Shown: positions 37,927 through 52,237 of the stretch, piece after piece
Layout: the number at the start of each line of letters is the position of its first letter
Numbering within the stretch: the first letter of the stretch is position 1
Source: Raja brachyura
Taxonomy: Eukaryota
Assembly (NCBI GenBank): GCA_963514005.1
Contig: OY740797.1
Location: forward strand, 24,800,001-24,864,000
Length of the DNA: 64,000 nucleotides
Reading direction: 5' to 3'
Translations under genes and position numbers: made by a program
Notes under the pieces: generated by a model
Told to the model about the DNA's origin: nothing
The model's input: only the letters and a program-made list of their open reading frames with translations
The model's database searches: none

Positions 37927-40900
37927 ACTTTCGCCCACCAATTCTGCATCAACCAGCAATCCCCATACATTAGCACTGTCGCACACACACTAAGGACAAT
38001 TTACATTTAGACCAAACCAATTAATCTACAAAGCTGTACTGCTTTGGAGTGTGGGAGAAAACTAAAGATCTCGGAGAGCATTCACGTGGTCACAGGGAGA
38101 ACGTACACATTCCATAAGACAGCAACCGTAGTCAGGACCGAACCCGAGTTCGTTGGCGCTGTAACGCAGCAACTCTACCACTGCGCTACCGTGCTGACCC
38201 TGTCAAGGATACCAGCTCCATTAATGGCATCTGCAGACATTGTTATCATGCCTTGTTTCTTCTCATCCAAATTGTTGATATAAAACACAAACAGCAATGG
38301 ACCCAGCCCCGATCCATGAACACAGCAAGCCACACAGCCTTCAATCTGCATTTTTTAAGAAAACTTCTTCCTTCCATCAATCAGATTTTCTGCCCATTGA
38401 GCTAGCTCTCCCGCCATCTAGCTTTCCATGGTAACTTGGCATGTAGAACCTTCCATAAAAACATTTTCTCTGGCCTTGCCATCTTCAGCCTTCTAAGTTG
38501 CTTCTTCAAAACTCTTGGTCATATGTGAGACTATATCACCTTCGTAAATACACCAGGTTCAATGTCACCAATCAGCCATTGTTCATAAAGCTGCATATAT
38601 ATCTTACCTCAGAATACTCTCCAGTAACATATCTGCCATAGATGTCAGGCACCTGATAGGGACATCTATGGCACCTATCGTTCCTAGGCTTTTCCTTGCT
38701 TGAAAAACATGAAGATCTGGGAACTTAAGGGCAATCAATGGAAGTGTCTTGTATTACAATAGAGGTGCTCAACGTCCTAACGTGTAAAAGGTAGAGAAAT
38801 CCTCCGGGCCTGATCAGATTTATCCGAGGGCACCGCGGGAAACTGGAGAACGCATTGCAGGGGACCTGACTGGGATATGAGTCATTATTAAATATGGGTG
38901 AGTTGTCGGAAGAATGCAGAGTGGCAATAGTGTACGTAGGAACTGGAGCCGCTGGTTCAAAGCGAAGATGGATACAAAATACTGAAGTAACTCAGCGGAA
39001 CAGACAACATCTCTCGAGAGAAGCAATGAGCGACGTTTTGGGTCGATACTCTTCTTCGCAGGGTTTGGAGTGGAAGGCTCTGAATTGTGGATTACTGTAT
39101 ATCAACGATTTGGATGAGAACATAGAAAGCCGAATTAGTTATTAGATTGCAGATGACTGGTAATTTGGTAATATTGTAGATAACGAAAATGGTTATCAAA
39201 AGTTACAACAGGATCTTGTTCGGTTGGTCAAGTGGGCTGATGAATGGTTAATGAGTTTAATGCAGGTAAGTGTGAGGTTTTGTATTTTTGGAAGTGAAAT
39301 GTGCACAGGACCTTAATATTAAATGGCAAAACGTTTGTGGAGCAGAGGGGTCAAGGTGTGCTGGTACAGTACATAGTTCCTTGAGAGTGGTGTCACATGT
39401 AGACAAGGTGGTTAAGAAGGCTTCAGGCCTTTATCAGTCAGGGTAATGAATATAGAATCTGGGATGTTATGTTATAAATATATAAGTATCTGGGGAGCCG
39501 TTTTCGACATGATAGTGGGGATATGAAATGAACTGCCAGATGAGGTTATTGAGGCTGAAATTACAACATTTTAAGGACATTTGAACAGGACATGGATGGT
39601 TTTGGAGATCAAACATGGGCAGATGGGACATATGCAGATGGGACACCGTGATCGGCATGATGCATTCCAGCCCCTCTGCCAACGTATCTCTCTGTAAAGA
39701 GCTTACTCAACACATCAATATTAAACATCCCCCACTCAGTTTATATCCATGCCCTCTAATGTTGGACATTTCCCACCCTAGGATAAAACTTGTGACATAC
39801 TACCCTATCTATGCCGGTCATATTTTTAAAATAAATACATCTAACGTCTCCTCAGCCTCTGACGTTCCAGAGAAAATAATCCAGGTTTATCCGACCTCTC
39901 CTTGTAGCTGAAACTCTCTAATCCAGGCAACGTTCTGGTAACGTCCTCTGCATCCTCTCCAATGTATTCACGTCATCACTATACTGGGGCAACCAGAACT
40001 GTACGCAATACTAAATGCAGCTAATCAATCCAAAGTAACAAATCACCAGTTGTTCCACACATTGAAATCTTCTCAATTAGCATTCAATTACAGAATTTCT
40101 CGAATTTTATTTTTAGAACCCATGCAGACAAATGTCACGGCCCTATCCACATAAGTCACCTTCGTCATTACATTAAATTCAATCAGACGTGAGCTCCAAT
40201 CGATTCCCAATGACTGACATGAACCTGACATGAACCTCAACAGCTTGTGATTTCCTTGATTACTTCTTTCCTTCAGAAAGAATAGGGCAACATTCGCTAC
40301 TCTTCAGTCATCCGGGAACTCGATTGTGGCTTCAGTGCATACCAAAGTCCTCATCAAAGGCGCTGCAATGTAATCTCCTCCCTTGCCTCCCTCTATAAAA
40401 GGGGGCAGATTCCACCGGACCCTCGGAATCTATGCACCTTAAGGCTTTTGAAGAGAACCAACAACACATCTTTCTTGTTCTCAAAGTGCACTAGCATATT
40501 GTCACCTAATTTACAATATCTCAGGTGAGCCAATCATTCCTCGCCTATACAACGTCATTCGTCCTCCTTACTGGCGTATACTGGTCTTGATTTCTGATCA
40601 GCTAGCCTTTAATAGACTCCACCATGTCCAATGTAAACTTACCCAACAACATCTGCTCACCATTTCATCTCCCCCAATATCTAGATGTATCCTTATTCGG
40701 AGCTATCTTAAAACTTTTGGATTTATGATCAGGGATCCCAAATTACTCTTCCACTGAAACATCAAGCTAATTTCCCAAAGCAAGGTGTAACATGGTCCAG
40801 TTTCGAGTTGGAATATCCACTGACTGTTTCAAGAAACTACCTTGGATACACCTAACCAAGCATGCTCTCTTTAGATCTTCTGCACGAAGGAAGTCACAGT

Positions 40901-42925
40901 CAATAATGGGGATTTGTCACCGATACCAGAAACATGATGTTTTGACATCTTTCTCTAACCTATTTTTCTATGTTCTATGTTTCTATGTAGTAAGACGGAA
41001 AATGCGTGCAGCTTACAGATGTGTTACCTCAAATCTAGAAGCCCTGGTTGAATCTGGCCGCCCGTGGGTTTTTTTCCCGTTCTCCATTTTACCACGTCAT
41101 GAGGTCATAAGCGATAGGAGTAGAATTAAATACAATCCGCCATTCAATCATGGCTGATCTATCCTTTCCTCTTAACCCCATTCTCCTGCCTTCTACCCAT
41201 AACCTCTGACACCTGTATCAATCAAGAACTAATCTCTAACGCCTGTACTAAACACGTGCTTCGCCCTCTTCTTTTTGCGCGAGGCGTGCACAGCCTAACG
41301 TTTGAGGACAACTTTTTCTGTTTGAACTTATTTGATTGTGCACGCCGGGTTGATTGCATTCGTCGAAACAGGGCGGACCACATGAAGGTTGTAATCTCCC
41401 ACCCCACGTGCTCAGTTAATTCACATATATCGAAAAATTGAGAGACATAGGATAATTGGATAAGATGTCCCGTTGTGTTGGTGGGTGATGGAACGGGAGA
41501 GTGAATTTATATGGATTTAGAGAGAATAAACTGGTATTAATGTACAACTTCCTTGACACACGTAGTCGTTGGACCAAACAAACTGCGACGCCAGGTATTA
41601 TTTTGTGACAGTGCATGGAAACGGACGGAATTAAACAGGTCTGCGCACAGATACAACAGTCCAGTTCAACCCAAAGCAGACTTGTTCAATCCATAAGCAC
41701 CAAACGGCAATATATCCATAATGGATTTTAATGCAAACAGGTTAATTTAATCAATGTAATTAAGTTAATTATTCTAATTAAATACCTTTGTTAAACTCCG
41801 GTCATTTTAAATGCGGCTTCACATCATTCCGAATTGCAATTCGAAGTTGAGAACAGTTAAAACTCACTTTAACATTACAATTTGAAGAATAACCGTGCAA
41901 CCAACATGAGCTCGTAATGGAATTAGTTGTGAAACTTTCAACAAAATACCCCATAGCATTAACCACACGACGGTCAACCTGTGTCCAGGTTTGTCAACCT
42001 GGAACATTAATTTGAAGATAAATATGAACAATGCAGTTATTGCTTTTACATTTACTTACTCTAATATAATGTGCAGTTAATCTGTGAGCCTGTGACCCTT
42101 TTAACATCTTAAATATAAGCCTTCCTAAAATGAGGAAAACATGTACTCGGGTGGTCCGCTTCAGTTCATGTAAGGTCTGGTAATTAGATTATATACAGCC
42201 GGTAGTGAATACCTGTTTGTTTAATCGTTGCAGGCGGAGTATAAAAATAAGGACATTTGAATGAGTGAATGATTACGCTGCATACATTCTTTTACTTTCG
42301 TGCGGTCTAATTATTTCCTGACCTGTTCCGGATTGAGCCACGTCTTTAGTTTCCATTCTCCAAAGTCCCTGCAAGTAAGCGCGTAAATGTTCTGTGATTG
42401 CACATAAAGGAAATCATTCTAGCAGATGTAGAGCCAGATGATTGACGCATTCTTTCCGATCAGAAAATTCATTGCCGACTTCGTTCAACTCATCTCAACT
42501 TTAGGCGTGTTTCCTCTGCGGATTTTGTAGGCAGGTACAGCTTTTTTTGCAAAACATAGTTTCAATTTGTGTTCATGGGTGGTTCACTCCAATTACTAGT
42601 ATGTTTCAGGTTGGAATTACATAGGCTCCATTGGGGTAAGGTTATCCTATGAAGGGCTTATTTGAGCCACACGAGATTTCAAGAACAACCCCGTAATTTA
42701 GTTATCATTCTGACTAAATTCTCAATTTTAAACAAAATATAATTAAATGCAGTTAAATTCACAACGTTTCCATAGCGAAATTTGAACCTAGCCCTTACTA
42801 GAGGATGAGCTGAATAAGAATGCGCCAGCCCGATTTGTTTTGTTTATTCCCTGATACCTTCAACACCGACTCCGTGATTAAGTTCATTATCGACAAGATA
42901 CACAGACATCTTCATTGCTAAATAA

Positions 42926-43211
42926 GATCTTTCTGTTCTGGGCATCCTTCGTTACCAGAGTGAGGCCACAGAAACAAATTGGAGGAGTAGTACTTCATAT
43001 TTCGGTATCTGCGCAGATTATTTTTAGGTAGTCTCGGTGTCTGAGTTGCAATTGGCTACACATTTCAGCCATAAACGAACAAAAAGAAAACCTTCACCGA
43101 GTTAATGGTGCAGCAATAATGCTATCGATTCACAGCTCCAGGTATCCGAGCTCAAGCCACGCTTCGGGAACTGTCTGCATGGACATTGCGCATTCTCTGA
43201 GATTTTACCAA
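42926..43211 (+). repeat. Inverted duplication, copy A (partner 50145-50427)
   Basis: About 285 bp matching the reverse complement of 50145-50427 with scattered substitutions. Confidence 0.9.
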
Positions 43212-43270
43212 CGAGGAGGATAATAAATCTGTTACTTCGCCTTATTGAAATAATTATACATTGTTGAATC

Positions 43271-43375
43271 CAGGACTGTGGAGTCGGAGCGGGAGTTGTC
43301 GAGTCGGAGTCGGAGTCGGTGCAATTTTGTTGCTGCTGGAATCGGTAAAAAAGTCCCGACTCCGACATCCACATC
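43271..43375. repeat. Small MITE-like element with (GGAGTC)n arms
   Basis: caggactgtggagtcggag...gagtcggagtcgg ... ccgactccgacatccaca, imperfect inverted arms. Confidence 0.55.
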
Positions 43376-43547
43376 AATTTCAGAGACTACGTAAATCGGA
43401 GAAAATCGCACTTTTTAAACATGCCTCCATAATAATGACATTTTTAATGGATTGGAACCAAATTTAATGAAAACAGACCCAGCATGTATACGGGATTTCC
43501 AAAGTCTAATCGGTATATCTATAGCGCAGCAGTTCTATAAGAATCAC

Positions 43548-43830
43548 GTGTGGCAAGGTGGCGTAGCGGTACAGTTGCTGCCTTAGAGCGCCAGGTTCGA
43601 TCCTGACTGCCGGTGCTGGCGGTAGAGACTTTGTACGTTCTCCCTGTGACCGCGTGAGTTCCCTCTGAGAACTTCGGTTTCCTTCCACACTCCAAAGACG
43701 TACAGGTTGATATGGTTAATTGGTTTGGTTACAATGTAAACTTGTCCCTAATGTGTGTAAGGTAGTGTTAAGGTGTGGTGGTCGCTGGTCGGTGCGGGCT
43801 CGGTGGGCCGAAGGGCCCGTTTCTGTTAAT
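43548..43830 (+). mobile_element. tRNA-derived V-SINE/HE1-type SINE
   Basis: A-box-like GGTGGCGTAGCGGT and B-box GGTTCGATCC, central tttgtacgttctccctgtgacc..ggtttcc..ccacactccaaagac domain, CR1-like 3' stem (gggccgaagggccc). Relatives at ~13100, 15290, 33410, 37930, 44655 and 53100. Confidence 0.8.
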
Positions 43831-46226
43831 TAAAATTCCGAATTATTAATCAGAATTTAACATTCCTTGTCGGACTTCAATCTTCGCACAAGTTTGCGGG
43901 TCTCCATGTTACTATCCAGCAATTAAACACTGTTCCACCATCCTGACACAGATTACATCAAACGTGGCAAGGCCGATACGACCGATGCTATTTGATTGGA
44001 TCTTTATGAAGGATAATAAAATAAATATCACGGAGACAAATATATTTCCAAAGTAAACAGCACGCTTTAACATGAATAGTCAATTTGTACATATTATTTA
44101 CGTAACTTACATTTAAAAAAACCTGTCCAACAATAGGTAGACGCAAAATGCTGGAGTAACTCAGCGGGATAGGCAGCATCTCTGGAGCGAAGGAATGGGT
44201 GACGTTTCTCGTCTAGACCCTTCTTCCGACCTTCTTCGACCCGAAACGTCACCCATTCCTTCGTTGCAGAGATGCTGCGTTTCCCGCTGAGCTACTCTAG
44301 CATGTTGTGTCTATCTTCGATTTTAACCAGCATCTGCAGTTCTTTCCTACACATTATGTTCAGCTATATATACGATCTGCGCATAATACCTGTAATTCGG
44401 ACATTTTAACTAGAACTATGGAAATGACGAGGACGAAACCGGTCTCACGAATCGATGCAAATCTTCAAGATGGACTCATTCGATTTAGTGGGAACATATT
44501 ATCGTTGTTTCAACAGAAATGCAATGGAGTCGCAGAATTCACAATTTGTTAGCCCGACAGCGTTGACAAAAGAGCATGATTTATCCAGTGGCACTATGGC
44601 ATTGTCTTCGTATGGAATGCCAACAGGATTATGTCGACTTCCAAAAAGTTTAGGGTGGCACAGACTATGCGCTGCATCACAGCGCCAGAGACGCGGGCTC
44701 GATCTTAACGACGGGTGATGTCTGCATGTTCTGACTGTCATCGTTGGGCTTTCCCCGGCTGCTCCGTTTTCGTCCCACATCCCAAAAGGATTGCTGGTTT
44801 GCAGGTTAATTGACCTCTGTAAATTGGCCCTGGTGTGTAGAAGAGAAGCAATGTACAAGTGATCGTTGGTTGACGCGCTCGGTGGCCCGAAGGGTCTGTT
44901 TCCACGCTGTATCTAAGATAATCTAAACTAAGATCGGAGCGGTAAAATAAAATAACGAGAACGGGACGGAGCCTGTGCGTGATGCAATAAATAACATTGA
45001 AGCAGAGAGCAAGATATTCTTCACATAGATAACAAGGAAGAGAGTAACTAAATTAAACATTTTGTCCCGGTGCATTATATTATTCATGTGGGAAAAAAGT
45101 GTCAAGGATTATAAATAATTGCTTAGTATCACGGTAGAGGAAACTGGGAACATCGAACAATAATAGCTAAGGAGAAGCTATGACGATAGAAGAACGTTCT
45201 CGGTGGTTTAACTACGAACCAATGGGGTGACTTAGATGTGGCGGGTTCTATTTTGTGCTGAAATAAAATTCCATTGATTTTGAATAGATCTGGGAAAACT
45301 GTAAATGTCATGACATTGTAAAGACAAGAGTGGCACAAATAGGAGGAAACTATTAGCAAGTTATTCTGTCAACTGCTATCGGGACAGTGTTCAAATCCAC
45401 TACTGATTAAAGAGTTGGGGGACAATGATGAAACTATAAGTCTGTCAAGAGTCCGTGGGTTTATGTAAAACACACATATTTTGATACATTTTCTAGCATC
45501 ATTTCACAATGTCGGGAGCAATGTGAATAAAAGGGAACTCTGAGAACCTGTATATGGATATCATGAAGCACTTCATAGTATTCCCTCCAAAGGATATCTG
45601 ATCAAGATAGGAACACGCGAACGTGTTTTCGATATAATTTAGAAGGAAATGGTGCTCTGGTGATTAAGTATCTGAAAAGGGCAATGGGATGAATAGATGA
45701 TTGCCAGATTGACTAACAATGAATGGCGAAATGCCACAGCAAGGTACTCAGGCATAACTATTTTAATCTATAGTATGTCGTGATGGGCTATATAAAAACG
45801 AGGTGATCATATTGAAATATATAAATCCTCCGGGTTGTGGGCAGTCGGGTTTATTGCGGGATCGTACTTTTTAGTTAGGGTTTCTAGAACGAAATTTAAG
45901 GAAATCAAAGGGTGGAACACATATAACAGAAAAGAGAAGGATTTGGGTGGGCGTTATTGAATGTATACACGGCAAAATCTGAGGGGGAAACAAGAGCTTT
46001 GAGGATCGTTTAAGGGGAAAAGAACAGAAAACCGGCGTTTGAAACCAAGATTGGTCCATTCATGGCCTTATCAAATTCTGGAGTGGGAAGGGGGGAGGGG
46101 CAATTTTCTTATTTGGCATCTTATTTTAATTAGATCCTTCCACGAGGACGAAAATCGAGAAATGATCGATGTGCGGGCAGTTTGATGTCCTCAAATAAAA
46201 GAGCCTTCTATTGCCTATATTAACAG

Positions 46227-47970
46227 TAGCAATGTTACAAAATTATGAGATTTTTAAAATCAAGTCTGCAATTTATCCCATCAGATAAAACATAACAATA
46301 AATTAATTTTGACACCTAATTCACTTTCATATCTTCAGCATTAAAAAGGTTATGGCCATTTTCATACTCGGAAATTTGCATCTTGTTCCCTATTGCTTTT
46401 CCATTGAATAAACGCAAAAGCTGTGATCGAGGACTGTCAAAAGCCCATAACCTTCTTAAAGATTAGGAGAACTGAATGACATTTTCAGTTATTATATATT
46501 GAAGCATTCTGAAACGAATATAAAACATCTTACTTGCATGACCTGAAATGAAAGCATATAATTAGTTAATTACCTAATTGTAGTTAATTACAAAATCGAC
46601 CGTTGTGACAGAAATAGTAATAAACACCCAGACTGCCTTGAAAATTCAAAAATGGGATATTCTCAAGATCAGAACTTTAATATTATTGTATTATATGCTT
46701 TAAGTCCGTAACAGATAGGTAAATACATTACAATTTCTATCCATAGAGCAAATCCTTATAGAAACATAGAAACATAGAAAATAGGTGCAGGAGTAGGCCA
46801 TTCGGCCCTTCGAGCCTGCACCGCCATTCAATGTGATCATGGCTGATCATCCAACTCAGTATCCCGTACCTGCCTTCTCTCCATACCCCCTGATCCCTTT
46901 AGCCACAAGTGCCACATCTAACGCCCTCTTAAATATAGCCAATGAACTGGCCTCAACTACCTTCTGTGGCAGAGAATTCCAGAGACTCACCACTCTGGAG
47001 AAGATCAGTTGCTAGCCGGTACATTGGCATATCATAATCAGTAGCATCATCATACTCCTCAGATTTTTAACAATAAGCAACTCTGTACATCTTGTTTTTC
47101 CTCAACTTTTCAATGTTGGCATTGTAAACTACAAGTTTTTGCTCTTCAAACCGACATGACATGTCATTCTACCCATTACTTTCCCATTAAGAATGTCCTG
47201 TAGATTCAATTTCTTAAGAAAAGGATATATTTTTAGATAGCCTAAGTATCCAAATAACAAACTAATTCCATTCACACAAGAATTCACAATATAACAGGAT
47301 TTTTAAATCTCACTGTCATTAATTCATATGCCAGATGGAAGGAATTTGATGTTTAATTCCCATAAATGAATCTAGAAACATCCATTCAATATAATCTTTT
47401 TTTACACAATACATGGGACTAAAACTGATATTTAGTATAAAAATATTGACTATGGGTAGACAATAACAGAACAAATAGACGATTTAGATGATTTTATGAC
47501 GTGATTGTCCCAAAAAAAGAGCATTTAAATCATCTTCGAGTGGGGTTTTCTGGAACGAGATCGATTGCAACGTTGCATTTGCGGTGAATTTTAACCCCAT
47601 ATCGGCAGAAGAAACACTGCCGGTTCGGCCCATATCACATTTTCGCAACGTAAAATTAGATTAAAGCCATCCCAAGAAGCAAGATTTTATGTAAAATATA
47701 CGACATACCCTTTATTTTGTCCCGTCCCTGCGACCCGTCACGTTGTAGGCGTTGAGGGCAATAGAAGTCGCTTTTTATTTTAATCAAATTATTAAATTGT
47801 CTCGCGCTTAAAAAAAAAATCGGGAACGGAAGTCGGATCGATTATTTTTCAGCATCTAGCACCCCGAGGAAATCCGCCTCAGACAGGCAGGAGAAAACTG
47901 GATTTTAATCCCGCCCCCCCCCCCCCCCTCAAAGGCGCCAATGTCGAGCACACGTTATGTAACGTCGCTA
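46227..47970. mobile_element. Non-autonomous TIR DNA transposon, copy 2, with a nested CR1 tail (~46757-46997)
   Basis: TIRs TAGCAATGTTACAAAA ... TTATGTAACGTCGCTA; flanks ttaacag / ttaaaag; long blocks shared with 36896-37926; no transposase ORF. Confidence 0.8.
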
Positions 47971-48098
47971 TTAAAAGGAACGCATTTCTCGGCCATGTCA
48001 TGGGGTGACCGATGTGCTTAGGAGTCAGTGTAGAAGATACCGTGACGATTATTAACCAGACCTCCATCTTTCCCAGCCAGGCCTGCTTCGTCGTCGAT

Positions 48099-48153
48099 AT
48101 GTTTCTGAAAGTGTCACCTTGGACGATGTTTTTCCTTGGAATTTTGAATGCGG
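48099..48153 (+). CDS. Gene C exon 1, signal peptide [18 protein letters not shown]
   Basis: ATG at 48099, phase-1 donor G|gtaaac. Confidence 0.75.
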
Positions 48154-51100
48154 GTAAACTACGACTTCTGTTGCTTTTAATTTATGGTTCTTCAAAATAC
48201 GCAGATATTATAGTTGTACCTTATAATGTCATGCTGAATTGTCCATAAAGTCATGGCTGTTGTATGGGTTCTGGAAAGGAGTGTAATTTACGAAACCTTC
48301 ACGAGGACACAAATAGCGGGCAGAATAATTCGGTTCAATCCATTGTAAATATTTGGTCTGAGTGCAATAAGATTTTTGCCAGCAGTGTTTAATATCCATT
48401 GCTGTATATCAATGACTAAACTGGATTGTGCACCATCTATTGACAGCTGCTGAGAACAGGTCGGGCAAGACGATATCGAATGTTCTACAGAAGCCGGTGA
48501 TCAGTGGCATAAACTTTACCTGTCGGTGTTCCTTCCCCTTCACTGTAAATGTGTCAAACCTAACGGTTTTCTGGTGGAAAGATGGAAATAGAGGCTTCCT
48601 GAAAGAAGATAGCAGGAAAATCTTCATGATAAAGGCAGGAGGCGCCTACCTTCACCTGCTGAATGTCACGGTTTCGGACGCCGGAACATACTATTGTCTT
48701 GCAAAACAAGCGGGCCGAACGGTCGCGGATGGAACAGGAGAGCAACTGATCGTATATGGTGAGCGAACGGTTCTTTAGTTGCAGCTCGAATTTGGATTTT
48801 GCTTCACAAAAGTCTTTAATCCAGAATACAAATGTGCAAAACGTTGGAAAATTATCTAGATTGATTCGTTTGAAAATATAGGTCAGAGGGCATAACAACA
48901 ATGATATTTGAGTTTGTGTATATTGAAGGTAGTGAGTATAAGATGAATACATATATAACGGTTTCAATTTGACACTGAACGCCGAGGCGAGGATCCATCT
49001 GATGTTTTCCTAATGATAATGTTATCAACATATAATCATGTGAATTGAAAGAGCGAGGTTTTTATTTCAACAAAATAATTGAAATACACATTATATTTCT
49101 TTCGTCGAATTAGAGAAACAAGAAATTTTAGTCAAAGCATTCTCTGTAAGCCAGTCAATGTCTGCAACTGTTTATGACTGATTATATTGGGAAGTTTACA
49201 TATTCACAACAGTAATGTGCCTTTGAAGAGGTGAAACTTGAACGTTCATTCGCGCATGTGAGCACAAGAAACAAATGTGCAAATTAGTGCCCTCTTCTTA
49301 AATATCAAGGGAATGCATGTCAAGGGAAAGGGGGGGGGGGGGGGGGGGGGGGGGTCAATTGCGATGAATTACACCTTCGTCTGGGCTCCCGAATTAAAAA
49401 TTATGATGGAATTAAGTAGCGTCGGAACAAATGCTATTGGATGATGTAATCGACTTTTCCCCTTTCTTTTAATTATATTCTTCTCTATTTAGCCGTCCCT
49501 TCTCCTCTGAAGATTGTATCTGTTCGATCTAGAAATGCTGCGACTCATTTCCTGAAAATCCAGTGCAGAACGGCTGCCTTTTACCCGAAAGAATTTAATC
49601 TCACCTGGCATAGAAATGGTTCCATCATCCAATCTGGATTTCGGCATGAACAACATTCAACGGCAGACGGATTGTATGAAGTTAACAGCTCTTTAGATGA
49701 GAAACGGGCAGTCAAAGAAGGAACCGTTTACACATGTAAAATTATTCACCGTTCTATGCTAACTCCAGCAACTGCCAACTACACGGTTCCTCATGAAGGT
49801 AACGTGTCCCACGCATAGTATAATGGATAGTCCACTGGATAATAATATTAATGGTAAAAATAAAATGTGAGGATATTTAAAAGACCGTATCTTCTGCAGC
49901 AAATTAATTTTCCTAGAACTTGTGCAATTTTCATATTTTTTGCCGGAGTAGACAGACGCTGTGCAGTCCATCCAGTCTATGTTGCCTCCCAGAAGATTCC
50001 ATCAATACCGTTCCCGCAGTCGATCGCGCACCCGTAGCCCATTCCCTTTCACGTGATCTACAAGTCCACTCTGATGCCCCCACAAACATCACACGTTCCC
50101 GAGGAATAATGTAAAAATAATCAATTAACTCACCAAGCAGTTCCTTGGTAAAATCTAAGAGAATGTGCAATGTCGATGCGACAGTTCCCGAAGCCAGGCC
50201 TGAGCTCGGATACCTGGAGATGTGAATCAATAGCACTATTGCTGGACCATTAACTCGGTGAAGGTTTTATTTTTGTTCGTTTATGGCTGAAATGTGTAAC
50301 CAATTGCAACTCAGACACAGAAACTACCTAAAAATAATCCGCGCAAATACCGAAATATGAAGTACTACTCCTCCAATTTGTCTGTGGCCTCACTCTGCTA
50401 ACGCAGGATGCCCAGAACATAAAGGTCAGTGTGCGAATGGGAAAGTGATTCTAAATAGTTAGCAACCGGGAAATCCAATAGGCCTTGGCGGACCTCGTGC
50501 ATGTTTTCAGCTAAACGGCCGCAGAATCTACCTTTGTCTCGTTATTGTACGATAGCCCGCGTCAGGAACACTGGATGCTGTAGAGAAGGTGATGGGAGGT
50601 GGGTGAGGGAGGGAGGGAGGGAGGGAGGGAGGATTAAGGGGGGGTGGGGGGTGTCACGCTCACTAAAGAATGAGAGCAGGGTGGAAGTTAGTGGAGTAAA
50701 TAATGCTGCTATACGTTCTGCACAAGTAGCTCCAGCGTAGTTCTCGATGTATTCGAGAAGGAGTTCGGGGATAACGCCAGCGCAGGTTTTGAACAAGCGC
50801 TGTAACCAACAAATGTAACCAACAAAATGGTAGCCAGTAGCTGTGGCTGATGTGAGTGTTCATGCTGCAACTTTAACTTGGAGAAAGTGAGAGGAGTCAA
50901 AAGAGACGTTGTAGAGGGTGACGACAAATTCCTCTAAATATCTGTGGTCTCTTTTCAAGGAAGAAACCGAGGTCATGAGATTGTCCTGCTCCTAACCACT
51001 CTACACCTAGCTTGGGGCTTGGAGGGAGAGATAGATCAGCCATGATTTAATGGCGGAGTAGACATGATGGGCCGAATTGCCTAATTCTCCTATCCTTATG

Positions 51101-52206
51101 ACCTTAATACCCCTCCCCCGCCCGCCCATGCACAGCTCCTCCCAACCCCTCCTCTCTGAAGCCCTCTGCCCCCCACGCCGAGCCTGCTTCTGCACCTCTG
51201 CTCGACCCTAACCTCAGCCCTCACCCCTGTCATGTTTTCACCACCCCCTGACCTCCTTTGCGGTACAGAACGGCCAGTCCTCGACAATTAGTGCTACATC
51301 CTGCACCAGTGCAGAACTCAACTTCACCACTAATTTCCACCCTGCTCTCAAATTCATATGGACTATCTCTGATACCGCTCTATCCTTCCTTTCTCTCTCT
51401 CCATTCGCTCCACCAGCCTCCGCAATCCGAAACATCATCTTCGGGCATTTCCGTCGCCTCCAACCTGATCCCATTATTAATCACATATTTACATCTCCAT
51501 GCCTTTCCGCCTTTTGCAGACTGTTCCGCCACAACTATTGTTCATTCATCCCTTTAAACCCAAACCACCCCATCCCGAGGTACTTTTCTCTACAACTGCA
51601 GGAGATGTAACACCTGCCCCTGTACCTTCTTCCTCGCCTCTATGCACGGACTGCGACAATCTTTCCAGGTTGGACAGCAGTCACATGCACCTTCTCTAAT
51701 CTTATCTACTGCATCCGATGGTCTGGATGCGGGGTCTTGTACAATAGTGTGAAAAGGTGCGGATTCTGCGGCCAACTAGCCGAGCATGCTCAGATCTACT
51801 GGATCTCCCAGTAGCTAAGTATTTGAATCCCCCTTTTCATTCCTACACTGACCTTTCTGCCCGAGGGCCTTGCACAGAGTGGCGAAAGCATATTCGACGA
51901 ACAACACCTCATATTTCACTTGTATAGCATACAAGCCAGCGGCATGAACGTTGAATTCTCTAATTTTAGTAATGCCCACAAGCGCTCACCTCCCTCTCCT
52001 CTCCCTCGCCCTCCCCCCCCCCCCGCCCCCTCCCATTTGCCCCCTTCCTCCTCTAAATGTCGATTTACCAGTCCCACAATTCGCAGCGATGTACCCCCTC
52101 TTGGGATAACGTCGTCCATAACCAACAGTCGGCCTATCAGGGAACCGCCCTGCGTGGGGTCATATCGTGCTAGTCCCGATTTCTCCTGTTTTTTCTTGCT
52201 TCTGCC

Positions 52207-52237
<31 letters not shown>

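Noticed and set aside
41585-41640. DARYYF...GNG-like text as a decayed V exon
   Set aside because: Needs several frameshifts and has no upstream B-strand Cys or C-strand Trp; consistent with chance.
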